The notes: generated by a model from the letters alone, not told the origin. A DNA stretch of 29,226 nt from Rhodothermia bacterium (GCA_030431165.1 JAUIJQ010000001.1:1-29226); one strand, 5' to 3'. Positions 7,280-16,571 are shown, counted from the stretch's first letter. Numbers and translations are program-made.

Positions 7280-9199
7280 ATGAGCTACTTCGCCGTTCTG
7301 ATCGCCCTGATGCTTCCGATGCAGCAGCAGGATGCCATGACCACTGCGCGTGTCGTGGTCTACCCCGCCACTGCCGAACTTTCAGTGGGCAGCAGCCGCG
7401 CGTTCTCGGTCGTCGAAGAAGCCTACAACGTCGGCGACAGAAAGCTCGCCGACGCCACGATCCAGTGGGTCACGACAGATCCTGATGTGGTCACAATTGA
7501 TGAGACAGGGCTTGCCACGGCGACCGGTCCCGGGAGCGTCCGCATAGCGGCTGTCGTCGACGGCGTGCCGGGCTACGCCATCGTGACCGTGCCGCAGCTT
7601 CCACCGGCACGCGTCGTTGCACGGGCACCCGCGCGGTCAATCCGCGAAGAAACGAGCATCCCGCTCGACGTCACTGTGTTGACAAACCGCGGCGCCGCGA
7701 TATCCGCCCCCCTCACCTTCGCTTCTTCAACGGTAAATGTTGCAACCGTCGACGGGCTCGGGCGCGTCTTCGGTCATCGACCCGGGACTGCCACGATCAC
7801 TGTGTCGTCGGGTTCAGTCTCAACAACCGTTGACATTGAAGTAGTCGACTCGGATGTGGCGTCTTTTGATATCGATGGCCCGAACGAAGGGCTCCGCACC
7901 GGAGACGTGGCGCGCTACACCGTCGAGGGCCTGTCGATTTCCGGCGAGACGGTTGGCGGGTTTTATCCTGCCTGGTCGGTCTCGGGTACCGGGGCATCGA
8001 TTGAGGCCGATGGGACCGAGGGGGTGTTTGTTGCTGAGCGCCCGGGCACGTATGTCGTTACGGCCGTCGTCGGCTCTGAGACCACACGCACAACGTACGT
8101 CGTTGTCACGGAGCGTACATACGACGAAGAACTGCACACCGTTGGCCGGGGGCCAAGCGCCAATCATCACTCCAGTGATATGTGGGTATTTGAGGGCGTC
8201 GATGGACGTGACTACGCGTACGTCGGCACCTTCATGTACGATTGGGCCAAGGTCTGGGACGTTACCGATCCGGCCGCACCGGTACTGACAGACTCGGTCC
8301 AGCTCGACGCGCGGCGAATCAATGACGTCAAGATCCATCCGAACGGTCGCCTCGGCATTCTGACCCGCGAAGGCGCCTCGAACCGTCGCAACGGGATTGT
8401 CCTGCTCGATCTGTCAGATCCAGCGCACCCGACCGTGCTTTCGGAATACACCGATACCGTCACCGGCGGCGTTCATAACGTCTGGATACTGCCCGGATCC
8501 GAGCTCGTGTACGCCGTTCATAATGGCACGCGGGATATACACATCATCGACATCGGAAATCCCGAACGACCGGTTGAGATTGGTCGGTGGGGCCTGGACA
8601 AGGAAAACAAATCGCTGCACGACGTCATCGTGCAGGACGGATACGCCTATCTGTCGTACTGGAACGACGGGGTCGTCATCCTCGATGTGGGCGCCGGATC
8701 ACACGGCGGGAGCGCACGCAATCCGAAGTTCGTCAGCCAGCTTGACCTGCCTACCCCGAACACCCACGTTGCCTGGCGGCAGGGCAAGTACCTCTTTGTC
8801 GGAGATGAAATCTGGCCGCCCGGCTGGGTCGAGGGCGCTCCGATCGAGGCACGCGGCTACGTGCACGTCCTCGATGTTTCAGACATCGAAAACCCTGTCG
8901 AAGTTGCACGATATGAAGTGCCCGAGGCCGGTGCACACAACCTGTGGGCAGATGACGAGCGCCTGTACATCGGATACTACCAGGGAGGCCTCCGCGTTGT
9001 TGACATCACGGGTGAACTCCGCGGCGACTTGTACCGACAGGGAAGAGAGGTTGCGTTTCTTCGGACTACCGATGAACAGACGGTCGTTCCGAACTGGCCG
9101 TTTACGTGGGGCGCCCAGCTACACAAAGGCTACATCTATTCGTCGGATATGAATTCGGGCCTGTGGATCACACGGCTGGCAGCAGCACCAATGCCGTAG
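7280..9199 (+). CDS. Exported protein with Ig-like (Big_2) domains and LVIVD-repeat beta-propeller
   Basis: Signal-like MSYFAVLIALMLP; Ig-like WVTTDPDVVTIDETGLATATGPG and FASSTVNVATVDGLG; LVIVD repeats VWDVTDP, LLDLSDP, IIDIGNP, ILDVG, VLDVSDI, VVDIT. ATG 7280 preferred over 7223. Confidence 0.8.
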   Translation: MSYFAVLIALMLPMQQQDAMTTARVVVYPATAELSVGSSRAFSVVEEAYNVGDRKLADATIQWVTTDPDVVTIDETGLATATGPGSVRIAAVVDGVPGYAIVTVPQLPPARVVARAPARSIREETSIPLDVTVLTNRGAAISAPLTFASSTVNVATVDGLGRVFGHRPGTATITVSSGSVSTTVDIEVVDSDVASFDIDGPNEGLRTGDVARYTVEGLSISGETVGGFYPAWSVSGTGASIEADGTEGVFVAERPGTYVVTAVVGSETTRTTYVVVTERTYDEELHTVGRGPSANHHSSDMWVFEGVDGRDYAYVGTFMYDWAKVWDVTDPAAPVLTDSVQLDARRINDVKIHPNGRLGILTREGASNRRNGIVLLDLSDPAHPTVLSEYTDTVTGGVHNVWILPGSELVYAVHNGTRDIHIIDIGNPERPVEIGRWGLDKENKSLHDVIVQDGYAYLSYWNDGVVILDVGAGSHGGSARNPKFVSQLDLPTPNTHVAWRQGKYLFVGDEIWPPGWVEGAPIEARGYVHVLDVSDIENPVEVARYEVPEAGAHNLWADDERLYIGYYQGGLRVVDITGELRGDLYRQGREVAFLRTTDEQTVVPNWPFTWGAQLHKGYIYSSDMNSGLWITRLAAAPMP

Positions 9200-9224
9200 C
9201 CGCCGGCGACAAGCACGCTCACTC

Positions 9225-10409
9225 ATGACAAGCGACGTCCGGCTCGGAATCGTTGGCCTCGGCAACATCGGCCGGCAGCACCTTTCATTCGTGATGGGGG
9301 GCGATGTGACACGTGCCCGTGTTGTTGCCACGTGTTCGCCGCGCAGTCCCGACTTTGACAAGCTTGTACCCGATCGCCACACGTCGGATACCCCCAGACA
9401 TTTCAGCGACCTGGATTCGCTCATCGCGGCGAAGGTCTGCGATGCGCTCGTCATAGCCACGCCGACATTTGAGCACGCGCGCATGGGCGCGGCTGCCGTT
9501 GCCGCCGGGTTGCACGTAATGATGGAAAAGCCGCTGGCGCGATCAGCGTACGAAGCCAGGCGCTGGATCGACCATGCTCCCGACCGTGTCTGCGTGGCGG
9601 TGATGCTGAATCAGCGGGTACACCCGGACTACGTTGCGATCAGGTCGCTGCTGCAGTCATCGGCGATTGGCGACCTGTGCCGCGTTTCCTGGACGATGAC
9701 GCAGTGGTATCGACCGGACGTGTACTTCAAGGTCAGCCCCTGGCGCGGCACGTGGATTGGAGAGGGGGGCGGCGCTCTGCTGAACCAGTGTATTCACAAC
9801 CTTGACATCCTGCAGTGGCTGGTGGGGATGCCACTCGACGTCACCGCGCGCTGTGGGTTTGGCCGGTACCACGACATTGAAGTAGAAGACGAGGTTTCAG
9901 CGCTGATGACATTTCCCGGCGCGGGAGGCACGGCCAACGCTTCGGGCACCGTCGTCGCTTCAACCGGTGAATCCCCCGGGACAAACGAGCTGGTTCTTGT
10001 CGGCGATGCGGGCACAATCCGTTACGATGGCGTCCGTGTGACGCTGACCCGCAACGATCCGCCCGTGAGTGAGCACAGTGCCTCCACGCTCGAGATGTTT
10101 GGATCCCCCGCGCATTCCGTCAGGCAAGTCGACGTCGCGCATGGCGTGAACCAACACGCTGTCCTGCTGCAGAACTTCGTTGACGCCATTCTTGACGGTG
10201 ATCCGCTGATCGCGCCTGCTTCTGACGGGCTGGCCTCGCTTGATCTGGCAAACGCGATACTTATGTCGGCATGGCTGGGCGAATCGGTGACGCTTCCAGT
10301 TGATCGGGAAGCGTATCAGGCGCTACTGAATGAGCGTATCGCGCAATCCCGATTCCGCGTCCCCGAGAACCTCGCCGCGACCATCGATATGCAGCAATCT
10401 TATCGTTGA
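9225..10409 (+). CDS. Gfo/Idh/MocA family oxidoreductase
   Basis: GIVGLGNIG Rossmann motif, IATPTFEH, MMEKPLA, WRGTWIGEGGGALLNQCIHNLD. Confidence 0.92.
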   Translation: MTSDVRLGIVGLGNIGRQHLSFVMGGDVTRARVVATCSPRSPDFDKLVPDRHTSDTPRHFSDLDSLIAAKVCDALVIATPTFEHARMGAAAVAAGLHVMMEKPLARSAYEARRWIDHAPDRVCVAVMLNQRVHPDYVAIRSLLQSSAIGDLCRVSWTMTQWYRPDVYFKVSPWRGTWIGEGGGALLNQCIHNLDILQWLVGMPLDVTARCGFGRYHDIEVEDEVSALMTFPGAGGTANASGTVVASTGESPGTNELVLVGDAGTIRYDGVRVTLTRNDPPVSEHSASTLEMFGSPAHSVRQVDVAHGVNQHAVLLQNFVDAILDGDPLIAPASDGLASLDLANAILMSAWLGESVTLPVDREAYQALLNERIAQSRFRVPENLAATIDMQQSYR

Positions 10410-11719
10410 TGCCCCGCCTCCTCGACAATCTCAAACGCGGTGGACCCGGCTGGCTGCAGGGCGCAATGACACTTGGTGGCGGGAGCGCCATCACGTCCCT
10501 GACGATCGGCGCCGTCTTCGGATACGAGTTCCTCTGGATACAGCCGGTGTCGATGATCATCGGATGCATCATGTTGTTCGCCTGCGCGCATCAGACACTC
10601 AGCACCGGCGAGCGCCCCTTTGTCGCGATGAAGCGCTTTGTCTCGCCGTCCCTGGCGTGGCTTTGGGCCATCGCCGCGCTCGGGTCATCGGTCATCTGGG
10701 GATTTTCACACTACCCGTTGGGCGCGGGTATGCTCGAGGAAGCCATCTCGGTCGGCTTCGGGTTCGCACTCAAGGGTGACACCCAGGCTGTCGCGCGCGA
10801 AGGGTATCTGTTTGCGCTGGCCGTTCTGATCTGGAGCGGTTGTGCGTACACCGTCTGGCACTACGGTCGCGGTGGGCGAGCAGTGCGCATCTTTGAGAAC
10901 GGAATCAAAGTGCTGAGCATCCTGATCATCGTCGGATTTGCGTGGGTTGTCCTGCGGGCCGCCGTTGTCGGAAACATCGACTGGGCCCGCGTTCTTGCCG
11001 GTTTTGTGCCTCGGTCACTGCCATCAGATTTTGACGGCGTTACCACGCTGATGGCGGCACTGGGCACCGCCGTAGGGATCAACATGACATTTGTCTACGG
11101 ATACACGCTGCTGAGCCGCGGCTGGTCGCGCGAGGACAGGGAGATTGCTCGATACGACATCGTCCTCGGGCTCGTTGTGCCCTACATCCTGGTTACGGGT
11201 CTCATCTCGGTTGCCGCGGCCGGTGCCCTGTTTGAGAGCGACCTGTCAATCCAGGGCAAGCTGAACCCGGCCCAGGCCAGCAGCATGTTTGCGTCGGCCG
11301 GACTTGGGGACACGGTAGGTCGGCTGATCTTCCCGCTGGGTGTACTCGGCATGGCGGTCGGCTCGCTCGTCATGCACATGCTGACGTGCGGCGCGGCGGC
11401 CCGAGAAATGTTTGGTTTTGCCGACAACTCGTTCGCATACCGCATGAGTTGCCTTATTCCCACACCGGCCGTTCTCGGCGTCTTCTTGTGGTCGAAGATG
11501 GGTCCGTACGTCATTCTTCCGACCTCCGCTATTTGCGGATTGCTGCTACCGATTGCCTATGTCGGGTGGTTTCTGTTGAACAACAACAGCAGTTTCCTTG
11601 GACCGGATCGACCATCCGGTTCGCGGGCTCGGCTCTACAACGCCGCCATGATTCTGTGCATTTGCACGGTACTGGCAGGCGTGACGTACAGCACACTTGT
11701 CGGGCTCGGTATTCTCTGA
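10409..11719 (+). CDS. NRAMP-family-like (APC fold) membrane transporter lacking metal-binding residues
   Basis: GPGWLQGAMTLGGGS...GAVFGYEFLW aligns with NRAMP TM1-TM2; about 11 hydrophobic segments; LARVLAGFVP and LGTAVGINMTF. ATG overlaps the upstream TGA (TGATG). Confidence 0.75.
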   Translation: MPRLLDNLKRGGPGWLQGAMTLGGGSAITSLTIGAVFGYEFLWIQPVSMIIGCIMLFACAHQTLSTGERPFVAMKRFVSPSLAWLWAIAALGSSVIWGFSHYPLGAGMLEEAISVGFGFALKGDTQAVAREGYLFALAVLIWSGCAYTVWHYGRGGRAVRIFENGIKVLSILIIVGFAWVVLRAAVVGNIDWARVLAGFVPRSLPSDFDGVTTLMAALGTAVGINMTFVYGYTLLSRGWSREDREIARYDIVLGLVVPYILVTGLISVAAAGALFESDLSIQGKLNPAQASSMFASAGLGDTVGRLIFPLGVLGMAVGSLVMHMLTCGAAAREMFGFADNSFAYRMSCLIPTPAVLGVFLWSKMGPYVILPTSAICGLLLPIAYVGWFLLNNNSSFLGPDRPSGSRARLYNAAMILCICTVLAGVTYSTLVGLGIL

Positions 11720-11740
11720 TCGTTTGTTTCCCGCCGGAGC

Positions 11741-12838
11741 ATGACAAAATCCGACATCACAATTGCTGACGGGTCGCGGTATGCGCCATCGGCACCAGCA
11801 GAAACGCAGCGTCGTGTTGTTGAGCCAGGCGCGTTCCGGTTCGCAGCCGCGTACCTCGATCACGGTCACATCTACGGCCAGACAAGTGGCTTGCTCGAGG
11901 CCGGTGGAACGCTCGAGGCCGTGTACGATCCGTGGAAGGAACGTGCTCGGGCTTTCGTTGAGCAGTATCCGCAGGCCCGCATCATCGACGATTTTGACGA
12001 ACTGCTTGCAGACCCGGCGCTGCACATGATTGCAGCAGCGGCAGTCCCATCGGAGCGCGCCGCCATCGGTGTGCGGGTCCTTGAATCCGGGAAAGACTAC
12101 TTCACCGACAAGTGTCCGTTTACGACGCTGGAGCAACTGGAAGCTGTGCGTCAAAGCGTTGCTGCAACGGGGCGGCGCTATATGGTTTACTACTCGGAGC
12201 GCATTCACAACGAGGCTGCATGGCATGCCGGCGAGCTGGTTCGGTCAGGCGCCATTGGCGACGTTGTACACATGCTGATTATGGCACCCCATCGCTTGTC
12301 AGCATCGACGCGGCCCGGCTGGTTCTTCGAGAAGGAACGATACGGCGGCATCATCACCGACCTCGGCAGCCACCAGGTCGAGCAGTTCCTGACGTACACG
12401 GAATCAACCGGTGCGGTTGTGCGCTTCGCTACCGCGGGCAACGTTGCTCACCCGCAGTATCCTGAGCTGGAGGATTTTGCGGAGTTCGGGTTGCGTTCGA
12501 CGACGAACGATGCAACGTTCTACGCCCGGCTGGACTGGCTGACGCCGGCCGGAATGCCGGTCTGGGGTGATGGTCGGACGTTTGTCGTTGGTACCGAGGG
12601 CACCTTGGAGGTGAGGAAGTACATCGACCCGGGCCGGCGCGTACCCGCGTCGGTGATTCTTCTCGCTGACGGGAGCACGCTACAGGTGATCGACTGCCAC
12701 GACAAGGTCGGATTTCCGTTTTTCGGGCGCCTTATCCGGGACTGCCTGGACCGAACGGAAACAGCAATGACGCAGGAGCACGTGTTCAAATCCGCAGAAA
12801 TGAGCCTCCTGGCGCAAAAAAGGGCAGACAAACACTGA
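11741..12838 (+). CDS. Gfo/Idh/MocA family oxidoreductase (LDHGHIYG type)
   Basis: AAAYLDHGHIYG, KDYFTDKCPFTT, YYSER, GGIITDLGSHQ, LDWLTP, WGDGR, GTEGTLEVRKY. Confidence 0.88.
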   Translation: MTKSDITIADGSRYAPSAPAETQRRVVEPGAFRFAAAYLDHGHIYGQTSGLLEAGGTLEAVYDPWKERARAFVEQYPQARIIDDFDELLADPALHMIAAAAVPSERAAIGVRVLESGKDYFTDKCPFTTLEQLEAVRQSVAATGRRYMVYYSERIHNEAAWHAGELVRSGAIGDVVHMLIMAPHRLSASTRPGWFFEKERYGGIITDLGSHQVEQFLTYTESTGAVVRFATAGNVAHPQYPELEDFAEFGLRSTTNDATFYARLDWLTPAGMPVWGDGRTFVVGTEGTLEVRKYIDPGRRVPASVILLADGSTLQVIDCHDKVGFPFFGRLIRDCLDRTETAMTQEHVFKSAEMSLLAQKRADKH

Positions 12839-13020
12839 CGTTCTTCCGGGTGTGCTCCGCTCGGCCCGCCTATGTGCTCCGACTGGCTGGCACGGGTGTC
12901 CCACCCTACTTATGCCGGATTTGTCGCGATCCTGGTCGACGCATCGAGGTCCAGCACGTGCTCCCGACGGTGATAGGCGTGCTACGCGCGTTCGACGCCG
13001 CAGTGCTCCCGGACGAGGGT

Positions 13021-13128
13021 GGCTCCAGCCGACTCCGGAAGACTCCCGACCAGTCCAGAAGACTCCAGACCAGTCCGGAAGACTCGAGACCAGTCCGGAA
13101 GACTCCAGACTGCTCCAGATGACCCGAG
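13021..13128. repeat. 10-bp-period tandem array with a 20-bp higher-order unit (CAGTCCRGAA-GACTCSMGAC)
   Basis: Successive decamers: ggctccagcc, gactccggaa, gactcccgac, cagtccagaa, gactccagac, cagtccggaa, gactcgagac, cagtccggaa, gactccagac, tgctccagat, gacccgag. Confidence 0.92.
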
Positions 13129-13173
13129 GCCATATATTCTGGCGCTTCTTACGAGCAAACCACGACAGAAACA

Positions 13174-13950
13174 TTGGACTGGATCACAGACCCGCAGGCC
13201 TGGATTGCGCTGGGCACCCTGACGGCCCTCGAGATCGTCCTGGGCATCGACAATATCATCTTCATCTCGATCCTGTCGGGGCGCCTGCCCGAGCACCAGC
13301 AGGCCAGAGCCCGCACGATTGGCCTCGGGCTGGCCCTGTTTGGTCGGGTTGTCCTGCTTCTGTCGATTGCATGGATCATGAGGCTGACCGCGCCTCTCTT
13401 CGAGGTGCTCAATGCAGAGATTTCGGGCCGCGACCTGATTCTCCTGCTCGGCGGACTTTTCCTGCTTGCCAAGGCCACTCACGAGATCCACTCCAAGCTC
13501 GAGGGCGCCGAGCACGGCGAACAAGGTAGTGCTGCCGGCACAGCCACATTCGGATCCGTCATTTTCCAGATCCTCCTGCTCGACATCGTGTTCTCCCTTG
13601 ACTCGGTGATCACCGCGGTTGGCATGGCAGACCACATCCCGGTGATGATCGCGGCTGTGGTGATTGCCATCCTTGTCATGATGGCGAGTGCCAACGCGGT
13701 GTCGACGTTTATCGAGAAGCATCCGACGATCAAGATGCTTGCGTTGTCGTTCCTGCTGATGGTGGGCGTGGCGCTTGTTGCCGAGGGACTGGAGTTCCAC
13801 ATCCCGCGCGGCTACATCTACTTTGCAATGGCCTTCTCGGTATTCGTCGAGATGCTGAACCTGAAAGTCCGCCAGCGTGAGCCGCTCAAGCTCAAGCAGC
13901 CCCTCCCGCCGGGGCTGGGGGGTGGCGGCGATTCAGCGGGTGGCCACTAG
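13174..13950 (+). CDS. TerC family integral membrane protein
   Basis: TTG start; LTALEIVLGIDNIIFISIL, LDIVFSLDSVITAVGM, KHPTIKMLALSFLLMVGVAL, IPRGYIYFAMAFS. Confidence 0.93.
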   Translation: MDWITDPQAWIALGTLTALEIVLGIDNIIFISILSGRLPEHQQARARTIGLGLALFGRVVLLLSIAWIMRLTAPLFEVLNAEISGRDLILLLGGLFLLAKATHEIHSKLEGAEHGEQGSAAGTATFGSVIFQILLLDIVFSLDSVITAVGMADHIPVMIAAVVIAILVMMASANAVSTFIEKHPTIKMLALSFLLMVGVALVAEGLEFHIPRGYIYFAMAFSVFVEMLNLKVRQREPLKLKQPLPPGLGGGGDSAGGH

Positions 13951-13966
13951 CGAGCCGCTGGTGGCC
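13942..13966. terminator. GC-rich hairpin between convergent terC-like and dnaB stop codons (no U-tract)
   Basis: GGCCACTAGCG-AGC-CGCTGGTGGCC: 11-bp stem with one G-U pair on the + strand transcript. Confidence 0.4.
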
Positions 13967-15555
13967 TAGAAGGGGGCGTCTTCGTCGCGACCGCCCGAAG
14001 GGCCTGCGCCGCCGGGACCGAGTGCACCCGGACCATCATGGTCTGGCAGTGAGCCCGGCATGCCTCCCGCGATGTCTCCCGCGAGTGGATCATTGGGCGC
14101 GTAGTACGTGGTCAGGTTTTCGAAACGCGCGTACTGGTTGACGAAGGCGAGGTGTACGGTACCTATCGGCCCGTTTCGCTGCTTGCCGAGGATGATCTCT
14201 GACATACCCTCGGTGGAGTTTCCGCTCTCGTCAACGGTAATCCCATACCGTTCCGCACGATAGATAAAGGCAACGACGTCAGCATCCTGTTCGATGGACC
14301 CCGATTCGCGGAGGTCCGAAAGCTGTGGGCGATGGTCGCCGCCACGCGTCTCGACAGCACGGCTGAGCTGCGACAGCGCGATAACCGGGACATCCAGTTC
14401 CTTGGCGAGCGCCTTCAGCGAACGTGATATCTGCGCAATCTCCTGTTCGCGGTTCGCGCTGCGGTTGGTCGTTGTCCCCTGCATGAGCTGCAGGTAGTCA
14501 ACAATCACCAGACCGATGTCGTGCTCCGCTTTGAGCCGCCGGCACTTTGCGCGGAGCTCGAGAATCGACAGGCCGGGTGTGTCGTCAATGAATATCCGCG
14601 CTTCAGACAGCCGACTTGCCGCACGGGCAAGCTTCGGAAAGTCGTTTTCCCGCAGCCGTCCTGTTCTCGCAGCCTGCGCATCAACACGCGCCTCCGATGT
14701 TAGCAGACGTTGTGCAAGCTGCTGCGCGCTCATTTCGAGCGAGAATATTGCGATACCCACCGGGTCGGTCGGATGCAGGGCCGCGTTCCTCGCCAGGGCA
14801 AGCGAAAACGCCGTCTTCCCCATCGACGGACGTGCCGCGACGATGATCAGGTCTGATCGTTGCCATCCACCGGTTACGTTGTCGAGCGAACGGAAGCCGG
14901 TCGGCACACCCGTGATTCCGCTCTCCTGCCCGTGGATTGATTCAAGCTTTTCGAGCGTCTCCATAAGCACACTGCTCATGGACTGGGCCGCGCGACGCAG
15001 CTGCGTTTCGCTGATCCGGAATATCTCTGATTCCGTCTCGTCGAGGACCTCAAACGCATCAACGGTCGGGTCGTACGCGCGGGCGATGTTCGTCGCGAGC
15101 GTGTCGATCAGTTTCCGCAGGAGCGACTTCTCGGCGATGATTCGCGCGTGAAACTCGATATTCGCTGCCGACGCAACCTTCGTTGTCAAATCGGACAGGA
15201 AGTACGGACCGCCAACGTCCTCCAGTTGACCACGTCGCTTAAGCTCATCAGCGAGCGTGATCATATCGACGGGGTGTCCCTTCTCGAACAGGGACAACAT
15301 CGCCTCGTAGATACGCGCGTGCCGAGGATCGTAGAACGCGTCGTCAGGCAGCACCTCGATCGCCTTTGGGATCGCTTCCCGTTCGATGAGCATAGCACCC
15401 AGTACAGACTGCTCAACCTCAACCGCCTGCGGTGGAAGGCGACCGCCGGGCGCAAGCGCACCTGATTGGCGCCGCGCGATAGTGGCTTCCGATCCGGCCC
15501 CTGATCCGGCGCCTACCGGATACCCGCCCATGGTATCATCGTTTCCCGACTGCAT
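13966..15555 (-). CDS. dnaB: Replicative DNA helicase
   Basis: PPQAVEVEQSVLGAML, TGVPTGF, AARPSMGKT, FSLEM, IVDYLQLM, LSQLSR, DLRESGSIEQDAD, KQRNGPIG. Confidence 0.98.
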   Translation of the reverse strand: MQSGNDDTMGGYPVGAGSGAGSEATIARRQSGALAPGGRLPPQAVEVEQSVLGAMLIEREAIPKAIEVLPDDAFYDPRHARIYEAMLSLFEKGHPVDMITLADELKRRGQLEDVGGPYFLSDLTTKVASAANIEFHARIIAEKSLLRKLIDTLATNIARAYDPTVDAFEVLDETESEIFRISETQLRRAAQSMSSVLMETLEKLESIHGQESGITGVPTGFRSLDNVTGGWQRSDLIIVAARPSMGKTAFSLALARNAALHPTDPVGIAIFSLEMSAQQLAQRLLTSEARVDAQAARTGRLRENDFPKLARAASRLSEARIFIDDTPGLSILELRAKCRRLKAEHDIGLVIVDYLQLMQGTTTNRSANREQEIAQISRSLKALAKELDVPVIALSQLSRAVETRGGDHRPQLSDLRESGSIEQDADVVAFIYRAERYGITVDESGNSTEGMSEIILGKQRNGPIGTVHLAFVNQYARFENLTTYYAPNDPLAGDIAGGMPGSLPDHDGPGALGPGGAGPSGGRDEDAPF

Positions 15556-15622
15556 CAGATCGTAACGCCGGGCCGGGCGCGATGTTGTTCACCAGGGACT
15601 ACTTCTTCGCGATGCTGATCTA

Positions 15623-16531
15623 TCATGAGGTCAGCTCGTCGTAACGGGCCCGTAATGCCTGCACGTCTTCCCACGTGGCCGGCTTCCAATTCGGATTTCT
15701 AAGCAGCGCCGCCGGATGATAAGTCACCATCACCGGCACCCCGTGAAAGTCGTGGAAGCGCCCCCGGAGTGCCGACAGCGATGACTCAACGCCTAGAAGC
15801 GAAGTACCCGCCGTACGCCCAACGCAGAGTATCAACTTTGGCTGGATCAACATGATCTGCTTCAGGAGAAGCGGAAGATGCGCAGCCACCTCAATCGGCG
15901 ACGGATTCCTGTTGTTTGGCGGACGGCTCTTGAGGATGTTCGCGATGTAAACATCACTCCGGGCAAATCCGATAGCCTGCAGGATCTTGTCAAGGAGTTG
16001 TCCGGCGCGGCCGACAAACGGCTCGCCTTTTTTGTCCTCGTCTGCCCCCGGGGCCTCCCCGATCACCAGGAGATCTGCAGCGGGATTACCAACGCCAAAG
16101 ACGGGGTTGAGGCGAGACTCATCCAGCGGTATCAATACGGTCTCTGCAACGTACCGCTCCACGTCTGCGAGCGTTGTCATTTCGTGTAGCGGACTGTCGG
16201 CCGGTATTGCCGCACGAAGCTGCTCGTACGGCGGGTAGCCCGCTCCTACCCCAGTGAATGCGGGCTTTGACGATGCTTTAGTAGCTGACTTGTTCGCTGG
16301 TGTCACAACGGGCTCGGGAGCGGATTTCAAGGCGTTGTCGATCTCGTTTCTAGCGGCGGCCGGGAATTCCAGCGGGAGGGCACCACCGGCAAGCTCAACC
16401 TCGAACTCCAGGTACGACACAGCAGCCTGGAGCAGCGAGTCACTGCCCGATGATCCGCCGGGGCTGCCCGACGTGCCATCTGCAGGCGTCTCCTGGGCGA
16501 TTTCAGTGGGGATGTCAGACGCTGAAGCCAT
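15623..16531 (-). CDS. udg: Family-4 uracil-DNA glycosylase with N-terminal extension, lacking Fe-S cysteines
   Basis: [46 protein letters not shown] 16531 preferred over TTG 16546. Confidence 0.92.
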   Translation of the reverse strand: MASASDIPTEIAQETPADGTSGSPGGSSGSDSLLQAAVSYLEFEVELAGGALPLEFPAAARNEIDNALKSAPEPVVTPANKSATKASSKPAFTGVGAGYPPYEQLRAAIPADSPLHEMTTLADVERYVAETVLIPLDESRLNPVFGVGNPAADLLVIGEAPGADEDKKGEPFVGRAGQLLDKILQAIGFARSDVYIANILKSRPPNNRNPSPIEVAAHLPLLLKQIMLIQPKLILCVGRTAGTSLLGVESSLSALRGRFHDFHGVPVMVTYHPAALLRNPNWKPATWEDVQALRARYDELTS

Positions 16532-16571
16532 ACGGCAAACTAACAAAGGCGCGGCGACGGCTCAGGCCGTC

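Noticed and set aside
12850-13529. ORFs spanning the 10-bp array (12850-13122, 12852-13529, 12680-13174)
   Set aside because: No recognisable domain; content is repeat-derived; the TerC frame itself is closed by TGA at 13120-13122.
13966-15555. Intein in DnaB
   Set aside because: Helicase motifs are contiguous; extra length comes from low-complexity termini.
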